From Ilumatobacteraceae bacterium (GTDB lineage: Bacteria > Actinomycetota > Acidimicrobiia > Acidimicrobiales > Ilumatobacteraceae): a stretch of 45,931 nucleotides of DNA. The stretch is from the NCBI GenBank assembly GCA_046716325.1, contig JBKJXI010000009.1:1-45931 (forward strand), given 5' to 3'. Numbering within the stretch: position 1 is the first letter of the stretch; every line of letters starts with the position of its first letter. The translations under genes and the position numbers were made by a program. The notes under the pieces were generated by a model. That model saw only the letters and a list, made by a program, of their open reading frames with translations, was not told the DNA's origin and did not search any database. Positions 27,920 to 36,524 of this stretch are shown here, one piece after another.

Positions 27920-28036
27920 AAATTCGACGGTCTTGCGTGCCGTCTAGCGCATAACCAACGAGAGCACCCCGGCGGTAAATATGGCAATAAGGAGCAACGC
28001 AATGGTAAGAGTGGTCGCCGGACGCATTGTGCAACT

Positions 28037-28909
28037 CTAATTCTTTCGGCCGATGTGCACGCTTGTCGCGCTTGGCTGCGAGGTCGCCGTGTCTGGAGCC
28101 AGTGCCACAAGGTCGCTCGGTCCGAGATGAAGTTCCAGTGCCGCCGAGCCGCGATCGACACAGATGGCGAGCATTCCATAGGAGTCGACAACTAGTGCAA
28201 CTCCTCCGGCGACTTCCGAAAAACTGCCGACGACTGGAAACGACCGAACAACTCGTTCACCCGTGGCTAGGTGTGAAATCACAACTCGGATTTGCTTTCC
28301 CCATTCAGCAATGTCATCCAAACTGATATTTAACTGACAATTTCCATAGCGATCAACCCAGGTGACCTCGCCTTGCAATCCTTCATCGAGTTCGCGTGGC
28401 AACGGAACGACTCCCGGAAGCAAAAGCGACGGATCTATTTCGTCACCTAATTCGCTCATTGGAACACCGTTGCAGAGGTACGCCGCGGCTGGGGCAAAAA
28501 TATCTCGTCCGGCAAATGTGTTACCTGGGGCAGCCAGCTGGTACTCCGGATTGTTGAGCACGACCGCCGTTTCGGCACCGCCCGCTAGAGCAATTGCTGC
28601 GGCTAACAAACCATTGTCGGGACCAACGAAAATCCCCGTGCCACCGGCTACCGAAATGGCTACCCCTCGCCGTGACGAACCCACGCCCGGGTCGACAATT
28701 GCGAGTACGACGCCTTGGGGCACATATGGTATACATCGGGCGAGAGCAAGCGAGCCTGCTCTTACATCAAACGGGGCAATCTCGTGCACCAAATCGATGA
28801 CCCGAACATGCGGTGCGATATCTGCAATCACCGATTTAACGACACCGACAAATTCATCGCTTACACCAAAGTCGGATAGAAAGGAAATGTTGTCAAATCG
28901 CTGCGTCAT
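28037..28909 (-). CDS. S-adenosyl-L-methionine hydrolase (adenosine-forming), DUF62 / chlorinase-fluorinase-like family
   Basis: From ATG 28909: ISFLSDFGVSDEFVGVVKSVI...LAIVDPGVGSSRRGVAI...VGPDNGLL. The upstream 58 codons of the ORF-track call run through a terminator hairpin and were trimmed. Confidence 0.8.
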   Translation of the reverse strand: MTQRFDNISFLSDFGVSDEFVGVVKSVIADIAPHVRVIDLVHEIAPFDVRAGSLALARCIPYVPQGVVLAIVDPGVGSSRRGVAISVAGGTGIFVGPDNGLLAAAIALAGGAETAVVLNNPEYQLAAPGNTFAGRDIFAPAAAYLCNGVPMSELGDEIDPSLLLPGVVPLPRELDEGLQGEVTWVDRYGNCQLNISLDDIAEWGKQIRVVISHLATGERVVRSFPVVGSFSEVAGGVALVVDSYGMLAICVDRGSAALELHLGPSDLVALAPDTATSQPSATSVHIGRKN

Positions 28910-28965
28910 CGTGATGTCACGATATTGCTCATTGGACGCTATTGCTGTTTGACCACTAGTGAACG

Positions 28966-29011
28966 CAGAAAAACGAATGGGCCGATGCCAACCCCCCGAC
29001 GGCATCGGCCC
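28966..29011 (-). terminator. Rho-independent terminator candidate downstream of proC
   Basis: Perfect 11-bp stem GGGCCGATGCC (28979-28989) / GGCATCGGCCC (29001-29011) with an 11-nt loop. On the minus strand it is followed by ATTCGTTTTTC. Confidence 0.6.
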
Positions 29012-29148
29012 AAACGGCGCACTCTTGCAAGCGCGACTCCCGGCTGGGGGGTTACCCCGCCCGGTGATCGTGACCCTTGACATACCCTATTCATCTTTTT
29101 GGCAACTCGGAAAATATCTCGAAACTTTCTGGGAAATATTTTTCCGGC

Positions 29149-29940
29149 CTAGGCACCCATTTCACGGCTTCGGCGAACCGCAGCAGATATTGCCGCCGCG
29201 ATCGCCTGGCGGAACCCAGCCTGTTCCAGGGCCTCAATTGCGGCCCATGTTGTCCCGTTGGGCGAAGTCACACGCGCCCGCAATACGGCAGGCGTCTCGG
29301 GGCTTGCAGAAAGTAGCGCCGCGGAACCAACAAACAATTGTCTCACCAGTCCATCTGCAACTTCTGGAGCAAGACCTTGGCTCACTGCCTCAGAGATGAG
29401 GGCCTCGGCGAGCAAAAAGACATACGCGGGGCCAGAACCCGAAACTGCGGTGACCGCATCCAATTGAGACTCGGGCACGCGTACCACCGTCCCTACGGAA
29501 CCCAAAATATCTTCGGCCCAAGCAATGTCGGACTCCAAACAATTCGCCGAAGATGAAATCGCGCAAGCACCCTTGCCGACCAGGGCCGGTGTGTTGGGCA
29601 TAGCTCTAACTATCGCGACCGAGTTTCCGCTCGCCCCTTGCAGCGCAGAAATACTGATTCCGGCGACGATTGACACTATTCGCCGCGCCCCGGCCGCCAC
29701 CGCGGACACACATGCCTCGATCGCCGCCGGGGGTTTCACGGCAATGACCGCCGACTCACATGACTCCGGCGTCTCGATCACCGCGATTTCTGGGAAGAGC
29801 CGCCGGAGCTCAGCCCGTCGATCGGCCGATATCTCTACCACCGTGATGATCGCCGGATCCCAACCGCTGTTAATGAGTCCACCAATGAGGGCCGATCCCA
29901 TGTTTCCCCCGCCGACGAGAGTTACCGAAGAAACAGTCAT
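29149..29940 (-). CDS. proC: Pyrroline-5-carboxylate reductase
   Basis: Motifs VTLVGGGNMGSALIGG, VRAMPNTPALVG and VTSPNGTT. ATG 29940 is preferred; the alternative ATG 29982 abuts the upstream gene. Confidence 0.88.
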   Translation of the reverse strand: MTVSSVTLVGGGNMGSALIGGLINSGWDPAIITVVEISADRRAELRRLFPEIAVIETPESCESAVIAVKPPAAIEACVSAVAAGARRIVSIVAGISISALQGASGNSVAIVRAMPNTPALVGKGACAISSSANCLESDIAWAEDILGSVGTVVRVPESQLDAVTAVSGSGPAYVFLLAEALISEAVSQGLAPEVADGLVRQLFVGSAALLSASPETPAVLRARVTSPNGTTWAAIEALEQAGFRQAIAAAISAAVRRSREMGA

Positions 29941-29985
29941 GTCAGGAAGGTTACCGAGATGTGCCCGAGTCAATGAGTACATAGC

Positions 29986-30444
29986 TCATGTCACTTGACT
30001 GGAAAATCCAATCCTCAGCAGCGGTCGAAAACATTGCTCGACCGTCGCATAGAGAGTGCCAATGATTCGGTCGAGTTCAACTTCGGTGAGGCTAGCCAGA
30101 AACAATTCACCGCGCAGAAATATGGCGTCTTCGTCACCAATGGAGAATCGTGCGCCAACAAGCTTCTCGTTACGTCGCAACAGGGTTTCGTAGAGCAGTT
30201 CCACGTTTTCCTGTGGCGCAGGCATCACATATGTCTCGTATCGGAGCGAGCGTTGACCAAGTGTGAGCCACACTGTGGTGAATTCCTTTTCTTCGCCACG
30301 CATTCGGACATACCATCGAATTTCGTCACCGTCGCCGCGATCTATGGCGCCAATCGATTGATTGCCGCGACGAATTTGGTCAAGCCATCCGTCAATTTGT
30401 CGTTCCAAATCGTCGAGCGCCGACTCGTCAAAAAGGTCGCTCAT
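29986..30444 (-). CDS. YbjN-like (putative sensory-transduction/chaperone-like) protein
   Basis: 152 aa. This is a family-level impression plus conserved actinobacterial synteny next to mshA (the equivalent position to Rv0487 in M. tuberculosis, from memory). Confidence 0.55.
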   Translation of the reverse strand: MSDLFDESALDDLERQIDGWLDQIRRGNQSIGAIDRGDGDEIRWYVRMRGEEKEFTTVWLTLGQRSLRYETYVMPAPQENVELLYETLLRRNEKLVGARFSIGDEDAIFLRGELFLASLTEVELDRIIGTLYATVEQCFRPLLRIGFSSQVT

Positions 30445-30455
30445 TGACGCAAATA

Positions 30456-31667
30456 TCAGTTACATGCGACTAGATCGCGAGCCAAGAGCTCGCTGTATAC
30501 CCTGCGGACCCGCAGTGCCGCCGACTGCCACGAATATTGCTTGGCCCGCTCGGCAGCCGCGGTTCCCATCGACAGCGCCAATACTGGGTCACCCAGCAGC
30601 TGAGCCGTGTATCTGGCGAAGCCGATTGGATCGCGTTGGGGCACGAGAAATCCGGTGCGACCGTGATCAATTAATGAGAGGAGTCCACCGACCGAAGTTG
30701 CCACGACCGGCACTCCACACGCGGACGCCTCTAAAGCAACGAGTCCAAAGCTTTCGCTGCGGGACGGAACAAGGACGACATCGGCTGCTCGATAAAAGGT
30801 GGAAAGCAAATGATGCGGTTGGGGATCGTAAAAGTGAACTCTTCCACCCAGTCCACATTCGTCGATAATTTCCTGCACGCGTCGAAGTTCTGGTTCACCC
30901 TCCGCGCCGCTTGCACCTCCAACAACAGTAAGTTGAACATCTGAACGGTTGAGTTCACTAAGTGCACGAACCGCAATATCGAGTCCCTTCAGCGGTTGAA
31001 TTCGCCCGACGAACAACAGCATCGGGCCATTGCCGAGCCCCAGCGCGCGACGAGCACCGCGACGATCACCCGGTGAGAAAAAGGCTCTCTCGACTCCCGG
31101 AGCAATTACCTCGATTGCACCCGGTGAATTTCCGTACAGCGATTCAAACTGAATTTTTTCTTCGCTGCAGCTCACACATATCGCATCGGTGCACCCGATG
31201 ATTTCGAGTTCTGCTTTTTCCCGAATGAGCGATTCAGTGTCGCCGCCGAGACTTTTCACCCTGGCCAAAGTGTGAAAGGTCGTGATCAGCGGCAGGTTCA
31301 GCTCATGCTTGAGTTTGTGACCGGCAAGCCCGGACAGCCAATAATTGGCGTGAATCAAATCGGTTCCACCCGTACTCGCAATATGGCTGGCAACCCCCGC
31401 GGTGAATTCATCGACCACACCCAATAGATCGTCCTTTGGTTGATCGAACGCACCACAGGCAACATGCACGACTCGATGATTTGGTTCGACCTCAACGGTG
31501 GCAGGAAGACCGGCCTTCCATGCCCGCGTATAGGTCGTGCACTGCACGCCGGTGTTAGCCAACGCCGACACCAGTTCACGGACATAGACATTCATTCCGC
31601 CACCATCGCCAATGCCTGGCTGGGCAAGTGGCGAGGTGTGCATAGAGAGCACTGCAACACGCTGCAT
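30456..31667 (-). CDS. mshA: D-inositol-3-phosphate glycosyltransferase (mycothiol biosynthesis)
   Basis: Motifs RVAVLSMHTSPLAQPGIGDGGGMNVYV and VPSRSESFGLVALEASACGVPVV (GT4 EX7E). Confidence 0.85.
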   Translation of the reverse strand: MQRVAVLSMHTSPLAQPGIGDGGGMNVYVRELVSALANTGVQCTTYTRAWKAGLPATVEVEPNHRVVHVACGAFDQPKDDLLGVVDEFTAGVASHIASTGGTDLIHANYWLSGLAGHKLKHELNLPLITTFHTLARVKSLGGDTESLIREKAELEIIGCTDAICVSCSEEKIQFESLYGNSPGAIEVIAPGVERAFFSPGDRRGARRALGLGNGPMLLFVGRIQPLKGLDIAVRALSELNRSDVQLTVVGGASGAEGEPELRRVQEIIDECGLGGRVHFYDPQPHHLLSTFYRAADVVLVPSRSESFGLVALEASACGVPVVATSVGGLLSLIDHGRTGFLVPQRDPIGFARYTAQLLGDPVLALSMGTAAAERAKQYSWQSAALRVRRVYSELLARDLVACN

Positions 31668-31695
31668 GGGAGATAAAACCTATCGGATTGGTCGG

Positions 31696-32058
31696 TTATT
31701 CCGCTTTGTCGGTCGCAGGGTCGCTGGTGAAACTCCGGTAAACGGTGAGCAAACTGTGTTTTTGTTCCGCGCTGAGTCGTTTGTCATTGGCAATTGCATC
31801 AGCAACTCCCGTTATAGAGGGCTCTTGCGGATCGAGGATTCCGGCTCGCTCGTAGAGAGTCCCAGCCGAAATCTGGAGGGCGCGGGCCAATTGCTGCAGA
31901 ATCTCGGCGGATGGTTTACGCAGCCCTCGCTCAATTTGGGAGAGGTACGGATTCGACACACCAGCTATTTTTGCCAAATCACGTATCGACTTTTGTGCCA
32001 CTTCGCGCTGCTGGCGAATGAAGTTGCCGACATCGGGTAATCGTCGCTCGCTCGTCAT
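31696..32058 (-). CDS. XRE-family helix-turn-helix transcriptional regulator
   Basis: IRDLAKIAGVSNPYLSQIERGLRKPSAEILQQLARAL is a typical Cro/C1 HTH. Confidence 0.8.
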   Translation of the reverse strand: MTSERRLPDVGNFIRQQREVAQKSIRDLAKIAGVSNPYLSQIERGLRKPSAEILQQLARALQISAGTLYERAGILDPQEPSITGVADAIANDKRLSAEQKHSLLTVYRSFTSDPATDKAE

Positions 32059-32070
32059 GTTGAAGTTATG

Positions 32071-32562
32071 TCAGTCGCCCAGAATTGATTCAACATCGGG
32101 TCCATTGTCCTTATAACGACGAACAAGCTCGACAGTCAACTCATCGATTTGGTCGAATAGTTGTCGTCGTTCGACCGATCGCTGATTTTCGAATTCCAGC
32201 AATGAGGCTACGATCTGTTTCACCGATTCGTCATCGAGGGTTCGAAGCGACCCAAACCCAATGTCTTCACACAGCCTTTCCAATTCGCGCACCAAGTGGT
32301 GATCGGGAGAAACATTGGTTTCGCGGGGCGGACGTGCCGAGCCGCCACCGTGTTCCTGACCAAAAATGCCAGCGAGATTGTTCGTCACACTTTCGGCAAT
32401 CGGTGACTTATCCAAGCGACGACGAAGTTCGTCGTTGGCAATGTCAAGGCGCCCTTGGGCCACTCGACGAGCATACGAAACAGCATCTTCCTGGGCTTGC
32501 AACTCGTTGCGTTGCTGTCGAATTTCGACAAGCGAAAGCGTTGACAAATCGGATCTGCTCAC
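32071..32562 (-). CDS. RsiG-like protein (candidate c-di-GMP-dependent anti-sigma factor)
   Basis: Residues 25-40, EDAVSYARRVAQGRLD, match E-x3-S-x2-R-x3-Q-x3-D exactly. Residues 125-140, ENQRSVERRQLFDQID, match except Q to F. The two copies sit exactly 100 residues apart on predicted helices. Confidence 0.6.
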   Translation of the reverse strand: MSRSDLSTLSLVEIRQQRNELQAQEDAVSYARRVAQGRLDIANDELRRRLDKSPIAESVTNNLAGIFGQEHGGGSARPPRETNVSPDHHLVRELERLCEDIGFGSLRTLDDESVKQIVASLLEFENQRSVERRQLFDQIDELTVELVRRYKDNGPDVESILGD

Positions 32563-32801
32563 GATTCGCCTCCCGATACGGGTGGCAAGACGGCGACTTC
32601 ATCGCGGTCGGTCACTGGAGTTGCACCACTGACTTGCTCGCCATTCATCCAAACTCGACATGTTTCCAACACGGCGGCAAAGTCGGTACCGAATCGGGAC
32701 ACCGCGGCCGACAAAACTTCGTCTACCGTTGCTCCGGGAACGACATCATGGGCGGTGCCGGCGGCTTCCCTCGCCGAGGCGAACAATCGTAATTGGGCCA
32801 C
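32559..32801 (-). CDS. MoaD/ThiS-family small sulfur-carrier/ubiquitin-like protein
   Basis: 80 aa with a LRLFASAREAAG start and a VLPPVSGG-ES end. 4-nt overlap with the downstream gene. Confidence 0.7.
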   Translation of the reverse strand: MAQLRLFASAREAAGTAHDVVPGATVDEVLSAAVSRFGTDFAAVLETCRVWMNGEQVSGATPVTDRDEVAVLPPVSGGES

Positions 32802-32849
32802 AAATACAGCGTACCTTTGCCACTACCCTGCCTTGGCGTGCCTTCGAAT

Positions 32850-33458
32850 GTGAACGGTGTTGGCGACATCACCTCGCGACTGCTAGTGATTCGCCATGGC
32901 CAATCACTGTGGAACATCGAAGAACGATGGCAAGGTAGAGCCAACATTGATCTCAGCGAGGATGGAATCAAACAGGCCCGTGACGCGGCCAAGAATCTCG
33001 GCACCTTCGACTTAATCGTTGCCAGTAACTTGACCCGCGCGCTTCATACAGCACAGATAATTTCCGAATCTCTTGGAATTGGCCCGGTCGAGATCGACGA
33101 ACGATTGCAGGAGTCCCATATTGGACCGTGGGAAGGATTGACACGGCATCAGATCGAATCGCGTTGGCCGGGGTATCTTGCGGGACGCAGAAAACCGGAA
33201 GGATTCGAGTCGGATCAGTCCATCGTGCAACGATTCAATGATGCCATCACCGATATTGCACATCGGTGTCCAAATGGAGATGCACTAGTGATAAGTCATA
33301 GTGGCGTGATTCGCACGATGCGCCATATTCTCGGTGTCAGCAACCCAAGACTTCCGAATCTCGGTGGTTGCTGGTTCTATGTTCATGACGACGGTCGCGT
33401 TAGCGCGGGTGACATCGTCACCGTGCTCCCAGATTTGCCCGGCGGTAACACGCTGTAA
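32850..33458 (+). CDS. Histidine phosphatase (phosphoglycerate-mutase-like) family protein
   Basis: RLLVIRHGQSLWN catalytic RHG motif and a later SHSGVIR. GTG 32850 is preferred. TTG 32793 (the ORF-track start) would overlap the divergent MoaD-like start. Confidence 0.75.
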   Translation: MNGVGDITSRLLVIRHGQSLWNIEERWQGRANIDLSEDGIKQARDAAKNLGTFDLIVASNLTRALHTAQIISESLGIGPVEIDERLQESHIGPWEGLTRHQIESRWPGYLAGRRKPEGFESDQSIVQRFNDAITDIAHRCPNGDALVISHSGVIRTMRHILGVSNPRLPNLGGCWFYVHDDGRVSAGDIVTVLPDLPGGNTL

Positions 33459-33463
33459 GGTGA

Positions 33464-34669
33464 GTGTTCGTGTTTGGCAGACGACTAGATGTCTCATTTG
33501 CTCCCCAAATTCGTCAAAACATAACCAATGTCACGCTGGCCCGAGTTGTTGCCAATGGCTGTTATCGATTTGCTCCTCCGTTTCTTGCGGTGATCGCCAA
33601 AGATTTCAATATTTCTCTATCTCAAATTGGAATTGCAATGTTCGTATCGGAGCTCTCCGGACTTGCTTCCCCATTCGCTGGGCGGTTCGTCGACCGGCTG
33701 CGACACCGCAATGCGATGTTGCTTGGTCTGGGTGGCACCGCCGTTGGTGTCACGATTGCTGCACTTTCGCCAAACCCTGTGTTCTTTGCCATCGGCATCA
33801 CCTTCATGTGCACGACGAAATTGTTGTTCGACCTCGGACTTGGAGCATGGATCGCGGATCATGTTCCGTACGAGCGTCGAAGTCGTGTCGTTGGCTTTGC
33901 CGAGACCGCGTGGGCGCTGGGATTGCTGGTCGGAGTATCGGCCATGGGAATCGTTACTGCCCTCACAAGCTGGCGAGGCGGTTACGCCCTTGGCGCAATT
34001 GGCGCTGTCGTGATGATGCTCGTCATAGCAGTTCGAGTGAAATCCGAGCCGCGAACAACTCGCCTGTACGAGGTCAATCACTTTCGCCGTGTCAAGGGGC
34101 GTGGTTGGATCGTTGTCGGCACCTCGTTTTGCGTCATGGCGGGTAGCCAAAGCGTCTTTGTCACCTTCGGAGCCTGGCTGGGTGATGAATTCGGCTTCGG
34201 GCCCGCCGGAATCGCCGCCGTTGGTTTTGGGTTGGGCGCGGTCGAACTATTTGCGTCGCTCAATAGTGCCAAGAGGACTGACGCATGGGGCAAGGAACGC
34301 AGCATCGCCATCGGGTCGTTGCTGATGCTGCCCGCGGCCGTGTTGCTGACCGTCGGATCGACTCAATTGTTCGTCGGGCTCGCCGCACTGGCGATTTATT
34401 TGATGGGTTTTGAATTTGCCGTGGTGAGCATGCTGCCAATATCAACTCAACTGGTGAAAAACAGCCCAGGCACGGGAATGGGTTGGGTGCTTGGCAGCGG
34501 AACTCTTGGTCGGGCCTCGTTGTCGCTGGTGGCGACGGCTACTTATGTCGAATACGGAATTTCTGCGCCCGCGCTAATTGGCGGCGGGTTCGCCGTTGCC
34601 GCTTCGGTCTCGATCTTGTGGTTTCGTCGCCTCGGCGGAGTCAACCACATTGAATCGACGTCTTCCTAG
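33464..34669 (+). CDS. Major facilitator superfamily transporter
   Basis: 401 aa, about 12 TM segments, with a GRFVDRLRHR loop 2-3 motif. Confidence 0.75.
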   Translation: MFVFGRRLDVSFAPQIRQNITNVTLARVVANGCYRFAPPFLAVIAKDFNISLSQIGIAMFVSELSGLASPFAGRFVDRLRHRNAMLLGLGGTAVGVTIAALSPNPVFFAIGITFMCTTKLLFDLGLGAWIADHVPYERRSRVVGFAETAWALGLLVGVSAMGIVTALTSWRGGYALGAIGAVVMMLVIAVRVKSEPRTTRLYEVNHFRRVKGRGWIVVGTSFCVMAGSQSVFVTFGAWLGDEFGFGPAGIAAVGFGLGAVELFASLNSAKRTDAWGKERSIAIGSLLMLPAAVLLTVGSTQLFVGLAALAIYLMGFEFAVVSMLPISTQLVKNSPGTGMGWVLGSGTLGRASLSLVATATYVEYGISAPALIGGGFAVAASVSILWFRRLGGVNHIESTSS

Positions 34670-36372
34670 CCTCGATATGCGTTGGTTATAGGTAAGCGAC
34701 GATCTTTGCCGAATGCCTTGAGCGTCACGCGAACCCCAGGTGGCCCTTGACGTCGCTTGTACTCGTTCGTGTCCACGAGACGGGCGACCCGACGCACGAG
34801 ATCCGCTTCATGACCTAGGGCGATAATCTCTGCCGCGGTGCGATCATCGTCGATGTATAGCTCCAGAATCGCATCGAGCACGTCGTAGGGTGGCAAACTT
34901 TGGTCGTCGCGTTGATCGGGACGGAGCTCTGCTGATGGAGGCTTGGCAATGATGGCCCTCGGAATGACTTCCGTGTTTGTCCGCAGATTGATGTGGTTAC
35001 ATAACTCGTAGACCGTCGATTTCAGGAGATCTTTGATCACGGCAAATCCGCCGACGGAGTCGCCATACAAGGTGAAGTATCCGACCGCCAGTTCACTTTT
35101 ATTGCCCGTCGTTAACACCATCCAGCCAAACTTGTTGGACAGAGCCATCAATGTTGTACCCCGAATCCGGCTTTGCAGGTTTTCCTCGGTGAGATCGACC
35201 GGCTTATTGGCAAAGCTCGGCGCACACATCTCCAAATACGCCTGGAATGCCGGCTCAATGGAAATTGTCTGCAATTCGATGCCGAGATTTTTCGCCAATT
35301 GCGCCGCATCAGTGCGCGAACCCTCACTCGAATACCTTGATGGCATCGAAACGCCATGAACATGCTCGGCTCCAAGTGCTGCGGATGCCAACGCGGCAAC
35401 CAATGCAGAATCCACTCCACCCGACAACCCGATCACGACATCGGAGAAGCCGTTTTTCTTCACATAATCACCTACGCCCGTGACCAGGGCACCATACAGC
35501 TCCTCAAGATCCGCACAGCGCGGCGAGATCGATGGAACAATGGACGGCGAACGTGTTTTGCGACTCGATGAAAGATCGATGAGGTCGGGGCGAGTATCTG
35601 GTCCACTTTTCGCAAGCTCGAGGTCAGTCACGAGTAGGTCGTCGACAAATTGCGCCGAGCGCGAAATCAGCTTTCCGTCCGCCGCAAACACCATCGATCC
35701 TCCGTCAAACACCAGTTCATCTTGACCGCCGACCTGATTGACATAGGCGATCGCACATTGATTGTCTCTGGCTCGCTCGCTCAACATTTGCTGTCGCTGG
35801 TCAATCTTGCCGCGATGATACGGAGACGCATTGATGTTGATATTGAGGACCGCTCCCGCCTCGGCCTGGGATCGGACTGGTCCATCTGCGATCCATATGT
35901 CTTCACAGACCGTGACGCCGACAATCGTGCCACCAATGCGAAACAAGGTAGGCGAACTAGAAACATCGAGCCCAGAAGAAAAATATCTCTCCTCGTCGAA
36001 CACGCCATAGTTGGGCAATAGCTGTTTGAAATAGGTGCCCCGGACAACTCCACCTAGACAAACTGCGGCCGCATTAAACAGTCGACCTTGCTTATCCACA
36101 TCGACGAACCCCACAACGGCGACACAATCACTCGTTTGCTCGGCAAAGCGTTGCATAGCGGCGCGATTGTCGGCGACGAACCCGGCCTTTAATACGAGAT
36201 CTTCGGGTGGATAGCCGCTAACGCAGAGTTCGGGAAATGCGACAATGTCACAGTCCTGAGATCTGGCACTTCGATACCCGTTGAGCAAGAGTGCGACATT
36301 GCCAGCGAGATCTCCGACCGTGGGATTGATCTGGGCCAGACCAATTCGCAGAACGCCAGAGTTTGCGACCAC
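34666..36372 (-). CDS. nadE: Glutamine-dependent NAD+ synthetase (nitrilase-like domain plus synthetase domain)
   Basis: N-terminal CN-hydrolase domain (FPELCVSGYPPEDL; VCEDIW). C-terminal GLSGGVDSALVA P-loop. Confidence 0.9.
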   Translation of the reverse strand: MVANSGVLRIGLAQINPTVGDLAGNVALLLNGYRSARSQDCDIVAFPELCVSGYPPEDLVLKAGFVADNRAAMQRFAEQTSDCVAVVGFVDVDKQGRLFNAAAVCLGGVVRGTYFKQLLPNYGVFDEERYFSSGLDVSSSPTLFRIGGTIVGVTVCEDIWIADGPVRSQAEAGAVLNININASPYHRGKIDQRQQMLSERARDNQCAIAYVNQVGGQDELVFDGGSMVFAADGKLISRSAQFVDDLLVTDLELAKSGPDTRPDLIDLSSSRKTRSPSIVPSISPRCADLEELYGALVTGVGDYVKKNGFSDVVIGLSGGVDSALVAALASAALGAEHVHGVSMPSRYSSEGSRTDAAQLAKNLGIELQTISIEPAFQAYLEMCAPSFANKPVDLTEENLQSRIRGTTLMALSNKFGWMVLTTGNKSELAVGYFTLYGDSVGGFAVIKDLLKSTVYELCNHINLRTNTEVIPRAIIAKPPSAELRPDQRDDQSLPPYDVLDAILELYIDDDRTAAEIIALGHEADLVRRVARLVDTNEYKRRQGPPGVRVTLKAFGKDRRLPITNAYRG

Positions 36373-36397
36373 GACTTCAGGCTACGGAGAAAATAAC

Positions 36398-36448
36398 TTC
36401 ACGCTCTGTTCACATTTGAGCAACGGCAGGGTAACGCCCATCGGCAAC
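36398..36448. promoter_or_regulatory. Candidate GlnR boxes: xxxAC pentamers phased every 11 bp
   Basis: TTCAC(36398)-n6-TTCAC(36409)-n6-GCAAC(36420)-n6-GTAAC(36431)-n8-GCAAC(36444), in the nadE/glnII divergent spacer. Resembles the actinobacterial GlnR site GTnAC-n6-GaAAC. Confidence 0.45.
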
Positions 36449-36524
36449 ACTTGCGGGATACCTGAGGCGGTCAAATATTCAATGAATCGTCTATGCCCCC
36501 GCCTCCCAATCGGAAGGAAGTCCA

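Noticed and set aside
27944-28027. A 27-codon hydrophobic mini-ORF (MRPATTLTIALLLIAIFTAGVLSLVMR) between the SAM hydrolase and acyl-CoA ligase genes.
   Set aside because: There is no convincing ribosome-binding site, no way to test conservation here, and such short hydrophobic ORFs arise easily by chance. It is noted only as a possibility.
28979-29011. The hairpin with a six-C loop as a 6C-family small RNA.
   Set aside because: 6C RNAs have two C-rich loops, and only one is present here. On the minus strand the same hairpin is followed by a T tract downstream of proC, so a terminator explains it.
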